DNA of 64,000 bases, taken from IMG/VR virus record IMGVR_UViG_2765235997_000001, positions 1-64,000 of that record, one strand, 5' to 3'. The translations under genes were made by a program, and so were the position numbers. Below are positions 9,049-19,800 of the stretch, piece after piece (within the stretch, counting starts at the first letter, position 1; each line of letters opens with the position of its first letter). This DNA is from a virus. Its lineage: Duplodnaviria > Caudoviricetes. Under the pieces are notes generated by a model. The model did not search any database. It saw nothing but the letters and a program-made list of their open reading frames with translations, and was not told where the DNA came from.

Positions 9049-9828
9049 ATGTCGTACCAGCACCCTGGTTGGGGGCAGCAGCCGTTTACGCCCGAGCCGC
9101 CGAAGACCGGTGGGCCGAAGTGGGCGAAGAAGCGGGTCGTGATTCCGGCCGGGGCCGGGCTGTTCCTCGTCGGCATCATGCTCGGCGCCGCTGGAAGCGC
9201 GGACGTTGAGACCGCGGCCAGCACCAAGCCGGCCCCCACGGTGACGAAGACGGTGACCGCCAAGCCCGTCGAGCCAGCCGAGGACAAGGCCGACGACAAG
9301 CCGAAGGCCGAGAAGGCGAAGAAGGCTGAGGAGCCGGAGAAGGAAGCCGACGACAAGGCGAAGGTCCCGGACTTCGTCGGCATGGGCCTCCAGTTCGCGC
9401 AGGACGCCGCCCAGGAGAAGGGCTTCTACTCGCTGAAGTCCCACGACAGCACCGGGCGCGACCGCATGCAGGCGTTCGACCGGAACTGGAAGGTCTGCTC
9501 GCAGAACGTCAAGGCCGGGAAGGCGACCTCCACCGACACCACCCTCGACTTCGGTGCGGTGAAGCTGGAAGAGAAGTGCCCGGCCAGCGACAAGAAGGCA
9601 CCCGAGGCCGCGGGCGGGAAGATGCCCAACCTGGTCGGGGAGTCCGTGAACGCGGCGCGGGGTGCCCTGGCCTCCGGCACGTCGATCACCGTGACTGATG
9701 CGGCCGAGGACCGGATGGTGCTGATGGAGTCCAACTGGAAGGTGTGCACCCAGAAGCCGGCCGCCGGTGCCGCACTGAACGGGCAGCCGGTCGAGTTCAC
9801 CGCGGTGAAGTTCGAGGAGAGCTGCTGA
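9049..9828 (+). CDS. membrane protein with two PASTA-like domains
   Basis: TM helix; two repeats VPDFVGM...NWKVCSQ / MPNLVGE...NWKVCTQ. Confidence 0.8.
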   Translation: MSYQHPGWGQQPFTPEPPKTGGPKWAKKRVVIPAGAGLFLVGIMLGAAGSADVETAASTKPAPTVTKTVTAKPVEPAEDKADDKPKAEKAKKAEEPEKEADDKAKVPDFVGMGLQFAQDAAQEKGFYSLKSHDSTGRDRMQAFDRNWKVCSQNVKAGKATSTDTTLDFGAVKLEEKCPASDKKAPEAAGGKMPNLVGESVNAARGALASGTSITVTDAAEDRMVLMESNWKVCTQKPAAGAALNGQPVEFTAVKFEESC

Positions 9829-9886
9829 TAGCTGTCCGGATCGCCGGGGCATGAAGAAGGCCCCCTCCCGTGAGGGAGGGGGCTGT

Positions 9887-10048
9887 TCACTGCGGTTCCT
9901 CGGCCGGCGGCAGGTCGGGTTCGAGGAAGAGGCCCTCGTACTGGGGTACGGGCTGTTCTTCTGCGAGGCCGAGGTCGATGAGCGTTTCGAGGTCCCCGGC
10001 GCCTTCGTCGATGCGGCGCTCAACGGGGCGCGGCGGTGTGTCTGCCAC
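9887..10048 (-). CDS. small acidic protein at end of lysis cassette (MADTPPRPVERRIDEG...)
   Basis: Read manually; GTG 10048 to TGA 9887. Confidence 0.55.
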   Translation of the reverse strand: MADTPPRPVERRIDEGAGDLETLIDLGLAEEQPVPQYEGLFLEPDLPPAEEPQ

Positions 10049-10050
10049 GG

Positions 10051-10401
10051 TCACACTCCAGTTCGGTTGTAGTCGGCGACGCGATCCGGAGGGGCTGGGG
10101 GCTCGATGCCGTGGCTGCGCATCTGGGATGTCAGCTCGGACACGTACCAGGCGAACGAGCGGACCAGGGACTTCAGGGACCGGGTTTCGTCACGCATTTC
10201 CCTGATCTCGCCTTGCATGTCGTCCCGGATCGCCTGGAAAGCTGCTAGGTCTGCGGCCCTTTGATTTGGCTCGGCCTGCGCGAGTGAGGCAGCCCGCGTC
10301 GCATCAGCTGTCGCCCTCGATGCGGCCCGCGTCGCCTTGGCCGCGAAAACAGCAGCCAGAACCGTCCCCGCCATGCCGAACACGGCTACCCAGATGTTCA
10401 C
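10051..10401 (-). CDS. lysis-cassette membrane protein (TM + coiled coil)
   Basis: N-terminal TM helix, coiled coil, position after holin. Confidence 0.7.
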   Translation of the reverse strand: MNIWVAVFGMAGTVLAAVFAAKATRAASRATADATRAASLAQAEPNQRAADLAAFQAIRDDMQGEIREMRDETRSLKSLVRSFAWYVSELTSQMRSHGIEPPAPPDRVADYNRTGV

Positions 10402-10844
10402 GACGGCGCCTTACCTTTCCTGGCGCGCCGCGGAGCTGGGGGGACCGAATGCTCGGGCACCGTGGCCGCCCACAAGATGACCCCGACGTGCGAGGTGAGG
10501 TACCAGATTGCGACGAACCCGCCGCGGGAGTACTCGCCGCTCAGGGCGGCGGAGGTGTAGGCGGTTGCCCACACTGCGGGGGGAATGAGCGCGGCGATGA
10601 ATCCGAACCGGTCTCGGCCGATACGGAGCCAGGCGGATCCGAAGGTGACGAGACCGGCGATGATCCACAGCCAGGACCAGTGGCGGATCGAGCAGAGCTG
10701 GGTGAGAAGCCGAAGTCCTTCGGCGCTCGGCGGGTTCACGAGGAACGAGACGCCCCAGCAGGTCTTCCCCACACCGGCGATCAGAAGGAAGATGCCGCGG
10801 CGTCCCAGCCTTCGGTGCAGCCACTGGGCCGCACGGCACGGCAC
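10398..10844 (-). CDS. lysis-cassette 4-TM membrane protein
   Basis: Multiple hydrophobic helices; overlapping start/stop with neighbours. Confidence 0.7.
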   Translation of the reverse strand: MPCRAAQWLHRRLGRRGIFLLIAGVGKTCWGVSFLVNPPSAEGLRLLTQLCSIRHWSWLWIIAGLVTFGSAWLRIGRDRFGFIAALIPPAVWATAYTSAALSGEYSRGGFVAIWYLTSHVGVILWAATVPEHSVPPAPRRARKGKAPS

Positions 10845-11165
10845 CTAGCCGCCTACTGTGGCGGCCGGCTTGGCACCGACGTTCTGGGCCTTGCCGCTGA
10901 CGCCGGTGGGCTTCCACAGGCCGAAGTGCGACAGGACCGCGGTGCCGAACGACACCAGGGTGAGGACGGCTGCGGTGCCGACGTTGTAGCCGTCACCGGG
11001 GTTCGCGAGCTCGACGAGGAACCCGTTCAGGGCGGTCAGCCCCAGGAGCAGCACCGCCTTGGTGCCGGAGTGCGTGACCCGGGTGGTGACGAGGCCGACG
11101 AGGACTGGGAGCACCACGCTGATGAGGAGGCCCAGCCAGTAGGCGGTGTCGAGTGTGACGTTCAT
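10845..11165 (-). CDS. holin
   Basis: Small 3-TM protein directly after the endolysin. Confidence 0.75.
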   Translation of the reverse strand: MNVTLDTAYWLGLLISVVLPVLVGLVTTRVTHSGTKAVLLLGLTALNGFLVELANPGDGYNVGTAAVLTLVSFGTAVLSHFGLWKPTGVSGKAQNVGAKPAATVGG

Positions 11166-11203
11166 GAGGAGATCCGTTTCTGCGAAGCGAGTAGGAGTTG
11201 GGG

Positions 11204-12295
11204 TCAGCGCCAGACGAGGCCGTCGACCGTGCGGTGCGTGACCGTGGCGCCCGCACCGTCGGCGAGCGCCTCGACCTTGAGGTACTGGCCGGCAGGCAGC
11301 GCCCCGCGGCGGGACACCTGCGTCCCGGTGTCGCCGCCGCGGACGTACACGTCCACGGGGAGGGCGGCGCTGCGGCGGCGGGTCTCGATGTCGACGTGGA
11401 CGAACCGGAGCTGCACCCTGCTGGCGTCGCCGGTGCCGGACAGCACCGCGGAGAACCCCACGTCGTAGGTGCAGGGGCCGCGGATAATCGCCGTGTCCTC
11501 CGCGGCCGGGAGCTCGGTCCACTCTCCGGCGGGAAGGTCGGGGCCGCCGGCGACGGACTCGTGCAGGGCGGTGGGTGCGGGCATGGGGTCCTCCACAGGA
11601 ACAGCAGGGGCAGGGGTGGGTGCGGGGGGCTTGTCGTTCTTCGGCGGTGCCGTGGGCTCCGACGGCGGCTCGGCGCCCGGTTTCCGGGCCAGCTGCGCCT
11701 TGACGTCGGCCCGGAACTGGCTCATCGAGAAGGGCCCGCCGCCCTCGATGGGACCGCGGGGGTCGATCTTCCCGGGCTGCCACTCCTTGTGGCCGATGAC
11801 GGACTTTTCAGACCAGCCGTGGGCCCGGCACAGTGCAGCGGCCCACAGCACCGCAGCCCGGTACTGGGCGCGGGTGTAGGTGTCCTTGTTGTCGCCGAGG
11901 TTGACGATCTCCAGCCCGTAGAAGTGCCGGTTCCCGTCGGTGTTCGCCTCGTTCGCCGGAGGCGGCGCGGTCTCGTTGATGACGGCGCGCAGGACGTCGT
12001 CGTCGCCGAGCCCGGCATGGTTCGCGCGGGCCGAGGAGACAAGCGCGATGGTGCCGTCGTTGCGGCCGACGCCGTGACAGAGCGGTCCGGGCAGGGCGGA
12101 GTGGCCGTTGTAGCAGAGGGCCACCGAGGAGTCGTCGCCGGAGCTCACCGTGTGGTGGATCATCACGCCGTGGGCCGGGCCCCACGGCCCCTTGTGGTTG
12201 CGGTTGTTCGAGCGCCACCCGGGACGCTCGGACACCTTGACGCCCTCGTCGCGCAGCGCCTTCAGTTGCCGGTCAGCGGACAGTGGTGTGGCCAT
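11204..12295 (-). CDS. endolysin, N-acetylmuramoyl-L-alanine amidase
   Basis: MIHHT, ANHAG, GLEI, IGHKEW, KIDP amidase_2 motifs; Pro-rich linker. Confidence 0.9.
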   Translation of the reverse strand: MATPLSADRQLKALRDEGVKVSERPGWRSNNRNHKGPWGPAHGVMIHHTVSSGDDSSVALCYNGHSALPGPLCHGVGRNDGTIALVSSARANHAGLGDDDVLRAVINETAPPPANEANTDGNRHFYGLEIVNLGDNKDTYTRAQYRAAVLWAAALCRAHGWSEKSVIGHKEWQPGKIDPRGPIEGGGPFSMSQFRADVKAQLARKPGAEPPSEPTAPPKNDKPPAPTPAPAVPVEDPMPAPTALHESVAGGPDLPAGEWTELPAAEDTAIIRGPCTYDVGFSAVLSGTGDASRVQLRFVHVDIETRRRSAALPVDVYVRGGDTGTQVSRRGALPAGQYLKVEALADGAGATVTHRTVDGLVWR

Positions 12296-12358
12296 CAAGC
12301 CCTCCAGGCATGACGAAGCCCCGGGCCGGACGGCGCGGGGCAGTATGTGAAGTGCGAG

Positions 12359-12871
12359 TCAGGGGGCGATGGCGTGCCACTGGATCTCGATACCAGCCCA
12401 CGTGGCGTTGTTGCCGCCGACCGCGGCGTACACGAACGGCTTGAAGTTCGTGGTGGTGATGTCGATGGCGCGGGTGCTCCACCGTGCGGTCGAGGCGGCG
12501 CCGGAATGGATGTTGAGGAAGACCCGGGGGGCGACCGCGAAAGCCGACGGAAACGTCACCGTCGTCCCGCTGTACTGGTCCAGGTTCGTGAAGCTGAGGT
12601 TGACCGTGCCGGACTGGGCGATCGACAACTGCCGCCACACCGTGCCGTCGTAGATGTAGAGGCGGTTGACGTCCTGCAGCCAGGACGTCATGCCTTCGAC
12701 CGGGGCGGCAGGGCCGGTGAGCGCGGTGGTGCGGGCCGACGCTGACGCGAACCGCAGCACGGACCGGCTGACGATGCCGTTCGCAATGTTCTTCGCCAGA
12801 GTTTCAGCGTCCGGGGCGTCCGTCAGAGTCGTCACCGACACGCCCTGGCTGTAGTCATCAGTGGTGGCCAC
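12359..12871 (-). CDS. minor tail/fibre protein
   Basis: RFASASAR...EGMTSW...YDG motif typical of actinophage minor tail proteins; position. Confidence 0.7.
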   Translation of the reverse strand: MATTDDYSQGVSVTTLTDAPDAETLAKNIANGIVSRSVLRFASASARTTALTGPAAPVEGMTSWLQDVNRLYIYDGTVWRQLSIAQSGTVNLSFTNLDQYSGTTVTFPSAFAVAPRVFLNIHSGAASTARWSTRAIDITTTNFKPFVYAAVGGNNATWAGIEIQWHAIAP

Positions 12872-12879
12872 AGGCCCTC

Positions 12880-13473
12880 CTACAGGGTTGAGAAGCGGGC
12901 GTTGATCGTGATGAAGCTGATCGCCCCGGCGGGCAGGTTGGAGAACCGGACAACACCCGACGACACGATCTCCAACTGCCGGGCGACGTTGCCCGACGTG
13001 AAGGCGATCGACATCTGGGTGGCCTGCGGCCGATAGCCGGCCGGGAGCGTGAAGACAGTGCTGCTGCCCGTCACTGAGGTGCCGCCGGTGGCGACCAGGC
13101 CCTCGATGGCCACGTCACCGTCGGGGTACCGGCGGTAGCGGGCAGTCTGGAAGCCGCCGCCACCCGCATAGTTGATCCACGGGGAGGCGAACGTAGGCGT
13201 GAGCCACCCGTCACCGCTCGCCCCAACCAGGCGGCCCCGGGCGAGCCACGCCCCGGACGATGCCTGGGCCAGCTCGATAAGGTCGCCGACCAGCGGCTGA
13301 TAGGTATCGAGGCGCCGGGCGGTCACCCCACCAGCAGTTACCGTGCCGTCGGATGCGACCGCGGTCACCACCGCGGTCTGCCAGTCTCCGCCCCGCACGG
13401 TCGGGGCCTGCTCACCAGCCTGCACGGATTGGCGGAGCATCTCGTCGGCGACCGCCTGAGTCATCGACGTCAT
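12880..13473 (-). CDS. minor tail protein
   Basis: FTLPAGYRP beta-domain; position. Confidence 0.7.
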   Translation of the reverse strand: MTSMTQAVADEMLRQSVQAGEQAPTVRGGDWQTAVVTAVASDGTVTAGGVTARRLDTYQPLVGDLIELAQASSGAWLARGRLVGASGDGWLTPTFASPWINYAGGGGFQTARYRRYPDGDVAIEGLVATGGTSVTGSSTVFTLPAGYRPQATQMSIAFTSGNVARQLEIVSSGVVRFSNLPAGAISFITINARFSTL

Positions 13474-14561
13474 GCGTTCTCCTTCGCACCGATCGTGGTG
13501 ATCGGGAAGTCGCCGCCCGCGTTCAGGGGGACGGTGAAGGACTGCACCTGGTGAATTTCGCCGAGCCCGTCGGGGTGGATGACCCTCAGGACATCGCCCG
13601 GCTCCAGCGCAGGGTTCGGCATGGCGGTGAAACTGCCGGAGGCGTTCGGGGCGCGAAGTGCCGCCAGCTTCAACTGGGCGGCAGCCCGGCACGCGCCTAC
13701 CGTTGTCAGCGTCGACGACGAGTAGAACGCAACTCGGTGCCCGTAAGGGCCGCCCCAGTACGTAGGACTGCCAGGGTCGTCGTCGGTGACCAGGTACGAC
13801 ACGGGCACCCCGGCGGCCTCAGTGTTGTCGCCCCGCGCCATCACACCGTTGAAGACACCAGCCGATGACATGCCGCGCTCACCGCGGATGTACACCCCGC
13901 CCTCTCCGGCCTCGACCGACCACACCGGGTTGACCGCAGCAGCATCCGGCAGGGTCGCGATGACGAAGGTGCCGGATGCGTCCGCGTAGCACTCGGCGCC
14001 GGCCGCCGCCGCGATCTCCTGAACAGCAGCCCACGGGTCACCCTCGATGTCCCAGGTTCGTGGACCGATCGACACGTCGGCGATCATCGGCAGGATCTGG
14101 GCGTCGGGCAGAGACCTCAAGATCAGGGCGGTGATCGCCACAATGACGGAGCCGGACGCCCGCCACGGTTCCCGGAACCGGTCATCCTGCAGCACAGCCT
14201 CCAGGCCGACACCGGTCAAGGTGACCGGCCCGGTACGGACGTCGCCGCGGATCTCGTCCAGGCGGAACAGGCCGACGGGCACAAGCTCTTGCGTGCCGTC
14301 GCCGTAGTCGATGCCGCGGGACACCCTCAGCCGGGCCCCGTACACCAGGAGTTCGTCCGCCGGGTTCGTGGGGATGAGCGACAGATCCGCCGAGGTGACG
14401 GTGCAGGTGCGGCGGATGGCCGCCCCTCGGTCGACCGGCACGGACCCGCCAGTATGCGGCAGGTCAATGACCTCACCGTTCGTCTGGATCAGCTGGACCT
14501 GGGTGACGACCTGGTGCGGCTGTGGGAGCGTCTTCAGGAACCTGTCCGTGACGGGGTACAC
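13470..14561 (-). CDS. minor tail/baseplate hub protein (DUF5047-like)
   Basis: GGSVxVDR, PNPALEPGD motifs; position. Confidence 0.75.
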   Translation of the reverse strand: MYPVTDRFLKTLPQPHQVVTQVQLIQTNGEVIDLPHTGGSVPVDRGAAIRRTCTVTSADLSLIPTNPADELLVYGARLRVSRGIDYGDGTQELVPVGLFRLDEIRGDVRTGPVTLTGVGLEAVLQDDRFREPWRASGSVIVAITALILRSLPDAQILPMIADVSIGPRTWDIEGDPWAAVQEIAAAAGAECYADASGTFVIATLPDAAAVNPVWSVEAGEGGVYIRGERGMSSAGVFNGVMARGDNTEAAGVPVSYLVTDDDPGSPTYWGGPYGHRVAFYSSSTLTTVGACRAAAQLKLAALRAPNASGSFTAMPNPALEPGDVLRVIHPDGLGEIHQVQSFTVPLNAGGDFPITTIGAKENA

Positions 14562-14562
14562 G

Positions 14563-16800
14563 TCATGTCCTCCTGTCGAGGAAGACGTCCTCCCACGTGG
14601 CGAACGTGCCCAGCAGGTCGCCCCAGGTAGCGAACTCGGTCAGGATGTCCTGCCACGTTCGGCCCGCAGATCCGTTCACACCGACAGTGGTGGGCATGTC
14701 GACCTCGGTCAGCGGCAGTGCCCACTCCCGCCAAGGCTCCATCGCCGGGCCGCCAACCCTGCCTTCTGTGGGCTGCCCGACGGACACGTACATGTCGTCG
14801 ACGCCCATGCCTGGGGCTGCCTGCCACAGCAGGGTGCGCCCTGACCCCAACAGCGTGTGGAGTGCCTTCCGTTCGTCGTCGGAGCGGGTCCACACGACGA
14901 GGTCGCCCTCCAGGCCGCCCATCACATCGGAGAGGACGACAGGGTTCTTCCTCCCAGCGATCCGGAACACGCCGCGTTCCACCGGCCGCTGCCAGTTCGG
15001 GGCCGACTTCACCATCACAACGGTGTTCCGCTGAGGAGCGGACGGGTCCTTCAGCCACGCCAAGTTGATGTCGGCGTGAGGAACCGTCACTGTCCCTGAC
15101 AGGCGGGTCGCTGTGCCCCCCGTCACCGGGTCGACAAGCTCAACCCGGTAGTACACCGGCGCCAGCAGCGGGGCCTCCGCATCCTCAATCACCATCAGGT
15201 CCGAGGTCACTGAGACTGTGCCGTCCAGCAAGCCGGACGGGCCACGCACCAGAGTCCGGGCCCCGTCAGCAGTCACCCGGTACACCCGAATCAGGTCCCC
15301 GATGTCCAGCTCCCGCAAGGTAACGGTGACGGACGCCGTTGCGGCCTGCGGCACCGCAGTGATCAGAGGTAGGGCCTGCCACAGGGCAACCCGGTCCAGG
15401 TTGACGACGCTGCTGGTTGACGTCGCGGCCAACGTCAGTTCCACCGCAGCCTGCGTGGCCGCGGCCGGCGCAGTCTGGTCGGTGGACAGCAGCCACCACC
15501 CCGGTCCTGGCACAGCCGCCGCACTCGTCGTGGTAAGCCCCAGATCCGTATCGGCAGCGTCGTACCAGCGGATCCCTCGCGTCACAGTCCATCCGCCGGC
15601 GGTGACCGACTCACCGAACTGGAGCCGGAACCCGAGGCCCCCAGTCCCCGCCGGCAGCGGGAACTTCGCGGATCGGATCGTCGACGCCGTTGCCGTGCTC
15701 GACGACACGGTCAGGGAGTAGCTGCCGTCGAGAGCAACAGCACCCCACGGAGTCGAGCGGGCAATCGTTGCGATTCCGGTGGTCTTCGTCCAGCCTGCGA
15801 CACCGCCCTCGAACGAGGCGTCGGCATAGGGCAGAACCGATCCGGCCTGCATGGCTGGCGCAGCCGTGACAACGGCCTGCTCCACGCGCAGAACTTGTGC
15901 CGCTGTGGCGCTGTCCATTCCGGCGGCAAGGCGGCAGGTGACTGCGCCGACGGGCGCTACTGCCGAGGCGCGCTGCCGGTGGTAGCCCGTGCTTGCGGGT
16001 GCGAGTGTTGACCTGGTTGTCGACACCAGGCTGCTGGCCGCATCGTAAAACCGCAGCTCAATCCATGCAGTCGAACCCGTGGTGGGGGGTGCCAGGTACG
16101 CGTAGCCGAGGTACTCCACCCCTTCGGTTACGGCAGGGTTCTCCACGGATACTGCCGACGTGGTACCCGATCCCGTGGCGGTGACGGTGAGCACATGGGC
16201 GCCGGCCCAGTACCAGTCGACCGGCCACGCCACCATTGGGGCCTGTCGGCCCACGGTCGTGTTCGTGCCCGCAGTCCACGACGAGGTGTCGATTTCCGGG
16301 GTCTCGGTCGCGAACGAGAACAGGTTCCCGGTGGTCCGGATCGGGGCGCCCAGGTACACGTTCTCCCAGTAGTGGGAAACAGCCGACCCGGCTGCGTTGG
16401 ACGACAGGACAACCCGCACCCGGGCCGCACCTGCGGGGGCGACGCCTGCCACACCAACTCGGTGCCACGAAGACGACGCTGATGCTGTGGTCAGGGACCA
16501 GAGCACCGATCCGACCGGAGTGTAGGTCGCGTCGAGCCACTCCAAGCCGATCCGTTCGGCCTCTGTCGATGACGAGGTGTCCGCGAAAACCTGGTAGGTC
16601 TGACCGGCGGTCACCGGGTACCCGGTGACCGTTTCGGCCTGCGTTTCACCTGCCGCAGTCGATTTGACGGAGAGGCTCTTCGCTCCGTTGCGACCACCCG
16701 TGCCAGAGAGGAGGGTGCAGTTGAGCCGCACCCTCCACCCGGTGAACGTAGGATCCATCGACTCTGTAGCAGCCGACAGCATGTTCCCGGGGATCGGCAT
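14563..16800 (-). CDS. distal tail (Dit)-like protein with repeated carbohydrate-binding-type modules
   Basis: Immediately after the tape measure gene; three GN/GS...W...WYDA...AP.GA repeats. Confidence 0.7.
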   Translation of the reverse strand: MPIPGNMLSAATESMDPTFTGWRVRLNCTLLSGTGGRNGAKSLSVKSTAAGETQAETVTGYPVTAGQTYQVFADTSSSTEAERIGLEWLDATYTPVGSVLWSLTTASASSSWHRVGVAGVAPAGAARVRVVLSSNAAGSAVSHYWENVYLGAPIRTTGNLFSFATETPEIDTSSWTAGTNTTVGRQAPMVAWPVDWYWAGAHVLTVTATGSGTTSAVSVENPAVTEGVEYLGYAYLAPPTTGSTAWIELRFYDAASSLVSTTRSTLAPASTGYHRQRASAVAPVGAVTCRLAAGMDSATAAQVLRVEQAVVTAAPAMQAGSVLPYADASFEGGVAGWTKTTGIATIARSTPWGAVALDGSYSLTVSSSTATASTIRSAKFPLPAGTGGLGFRLQFGESVTAGGWTVTRGIRWYDAADTDLGLTTTSAAAVPGPGWWLLSTDQTAPAAATQAAVELTLAATSTSSVVNLDRVALWQALPLITAVPQAATASVTVTLRELDIGDLIRVYRVTADGARTLVRGPSGLLDGTVSVTSDLMVIEDAEAPLLAPVYYRVELVDPVTGGTATRLSGTVTVPHADINLAWLKDPSAPQRNTVVMVKSAPNWQRPVERGVFRIAGRKNPVVLSDVMGGLEGDLVVWTRSDDERKALHTLLGSGRTLLWQAAPGMGVDDMYVSVGQPTEGRVGGPAMEPWREWALPLTEVDMPTTVGVNGSAGRTWQDILTEFATWGDLLGTFATWEDVFLDRRT

Positions 16801-19800
16801 TATGGCCTCCTCCCTGCGCGCAGTGTCTGCGTCAGCTCTCCGAAGCGCCCGTCCACCACCTGGGCGGCCTCTCCCCGCACCCGGCCGAGGAACTCGCCCG
16901 AGTCGAGGTACAGGTCGCCTTCGAACCGGGACGGACCACCGGCAGTACCGCGGCTGAGCGCATTGGCCTGCTGGGTGGTGAACACCGGCTCGGGCCGGCC
17001 GGTCCCGTTGTAGGCCAAGTTGAGGCCGGGCTGGAGGTAGCCGCCCTGGTCGTAGGTGCCCTTGTAGGCGTACTGGTGCGTGAACAGGTTGTCCTTGTAG
17101 GAGCGGGCCCGGGAGCCGATGACGACACCGTCGCCGCCGCGGCTCTCGACGTTGACGCCGTTGATCGTGCCCGCGGTGTGGCCCACACCAGCGTTGGTGA
17201 TGCCGATCATGTACGGGGACTTGCCGCCGAGCTGCCACCCTGGCGGGGCGGTCTTCCCGGAGAAGCTGCCGGTGGCCCACCTCCTGTGCGGCTTCTGGCC
17301 TCGGATGACGGACTCGATGGCAGAGACCAGCCCGCTGCAGTCCCACGACGGGTTGCCGTTGCCGCCCCACTGGTACGGCAGTCCGTGCTGGGTCCGCGCC
17401 CACTTGAGTCCAGCCTTGAATCCTCCGCCACCGATCCCGGCAGCTTCCATCTTGCCGTCGGCCTTGCCGCCGAAGTCGAGAATGCTGCTGATCATCTTCT
17501 TCGGGACGCCGGAAACCATGTCCCGATACAAGGACTTCGACCCGGCAATCTTGGCCAGCAGCGGCTTGACGACCTTGTTCAGCCCAGCCTGCGCACTCCC
17601 CTTGATCCCGTCCTTCAGCCAGGACACACCAGTCTTCGCCAGGTCGACGGTCTTGCCCGCCGCCTTCCCGACCCAGTCGAAGATCCCGCCCTTCGCGAAC
17701 CCCTGATAGGGGGAAAGGGGCTTGCCCTGCATCGCGGCCTGGTTGACCGCATGCAGACGGGCCCGCTCGTAGGGGTTCTTCATCGCTTCCGACACGTACA
17801 CGCCCTCGCCGCGACGCATCGGCACGAGCTGGTCATCGCCCTGCCGGTAGGTCGACCGGCCGGGCAGGATTCCGCCGCGGGCAAAGCCAGTGAACTTGTC
17901 CAGCTTCGGGGCTCCGAAAGCTCCGGCCACCGTGTTCCAGACGCCGCGGATGCCCTTGTTGTAGACCTGGTCGATGATGAACGTCACCGGCTTCTTCGCG
18001 ATCCCGGCAAGCTTCGACCACTGCTCGTCGATGTAGTTCTTCGTGGTGCGGAAGGAGTCGCCAATAGCCCTGAGCCCCTTCTTGATCAGTTCGAACTGGG
18101 GCTTCAACGCTGTGTTCCACAGCCACTTTCCCCTGTCGCCGATCCACCCGAAGACCGGGTGGATGACGTTCTTCCACAGAGACCGGGCACCTTCGCCGAC
18201 AGCCTTCATGTCAGCCTTAACTGCGCCGAACGCAGGCTTGACCGCGTTGTTCCACAGCCATCTCGCCTTGTCACCGATCCACCCGAACACGGGGCTGAGG
18301 ACGTTCTTCCACAGCCAGGTGGCGTCCTTCGCGATCTGCTTGAACGCAGGCCCGATCGCGTTCTTCCATAGCCACCCGGCAATGGCGCCGAGCACCTTGA
18401 TCGCGGCAACAATCGGCAGGATCACTGCCACAACAACGATCGTGAACAGCACCTTCGCCGCGGTCCAGATGAACTTGAACACCGGGCCGAGCACGTTGCT
18501 CCACAACCATGTCGCCCACCGGCCGATGGTCTGCAGCCCCGCCCAGATCGCCGAGAACACAGGCTTGAGAACGTTGTTCCACGCCCACACGGCCGCGGTC
18601 TGAATGCCCGACCAGGCGGCGTTGACGATGTTCCGGAACGTCTCGAAGTTTTTGTACGCGTAGACGACGGCGGCGACCAGTGCCACGATCGCAATGATGA
18701 TCAGGGTGATGGGGTTCGCGGCCAGGACCAGGTTGAACGCGATCATCGCCAAGGTCCACAACTTCGTCGCGATCCACACCGCGTAGAACAGCTGGATCAG
18801 CCACGGCAGCTCGCGGGCAATCTCCGCGATAGCGCTAGCCACAGCACCCAGGGCTTTCAGGACCGGGCCGGACAGCGGGGACACGGCCTTTGCCATCTGG
18901 TAGAAGGCGCTGCTGATGTCACCGACTGCCTTCGCCAGCACCGGGCCCATCCGGGACGAGTAGGCAAGGAACCCCTCGAACTTCTCGCTGCCCTTAAGGC
19001 TGGTGCCCCAAGTTGCGAAGCGGCCTGTGATCTCCTGCATCCGGTGGGAGATCGAGTCCATGTGTGGCAGGAACGCCTGGACGATGCCGCCCATCCCCTT
19101 GAAGATCCGTCCGAAGGACGCGCCCAGGCCGACGATCGCGGGCTCCACAGAGCCCGCCAGGTCCGCCTTGAACCCGTGCCACCACGGGGACTTGAAGCCG
19201 GCCGACACCCGGTCCTGCAGCTCCCCGATCGCGCGAGCAGCAGCAAGAACGAACGGTGTCAGGCCGGGCAGGCTGTTCTTCAACCCGATTAGCGCCCGGG
19301 TGAAGAGCGGCATCACCTGCGGCTGCAACGACTTCGACCACGAGGTGAATGCCGTCCGCAGCGAGGTGAACGCGTTGAGCGTGTCCCTCGCCGCCGGCGT
19401 CAGCTTCGCCAGCTCGGCCTGGTACTTGGCCTGCGCGACGGCAGCCTGATCCACGCCCCCGGCCGCAGACTGCACGGCGGAGGCAACCTGACGCTGAGCC
19501 GACGCCACCGACTCGGCAGCCGACTGCTGAGCGGCGGCAAGCGATTCCTGGGCGCGCTGAACCGACCGCGCACCGTCCGCCTGCGTGGTGGCGACGTTGC
19601 GCTGCGACTCGGCGACCTTCTCCTGTGCCTCCGCAAGATCCTGCTGCGACCGGATGTTCTGGCGAGCCGCTTCGTCGCGTGCTGTCGCCAGCGCTTTTCC
19701 CTGGTCTGCGACTTCCTTTTCGGCGGCGGCGATACGCTCCTGGGCGGCCCGCACCGTGTCTGAACCCTCGACGCCGGCCCGGTCAGCTTTCCGCTTCTCG

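Noticed and set aside
12359-16800. Diversity-generating retroelement or invertible tail-fibre cassette
   Set aside because: No reverse transcriptase, template/variable repeat pair or inverted fibre segments seen
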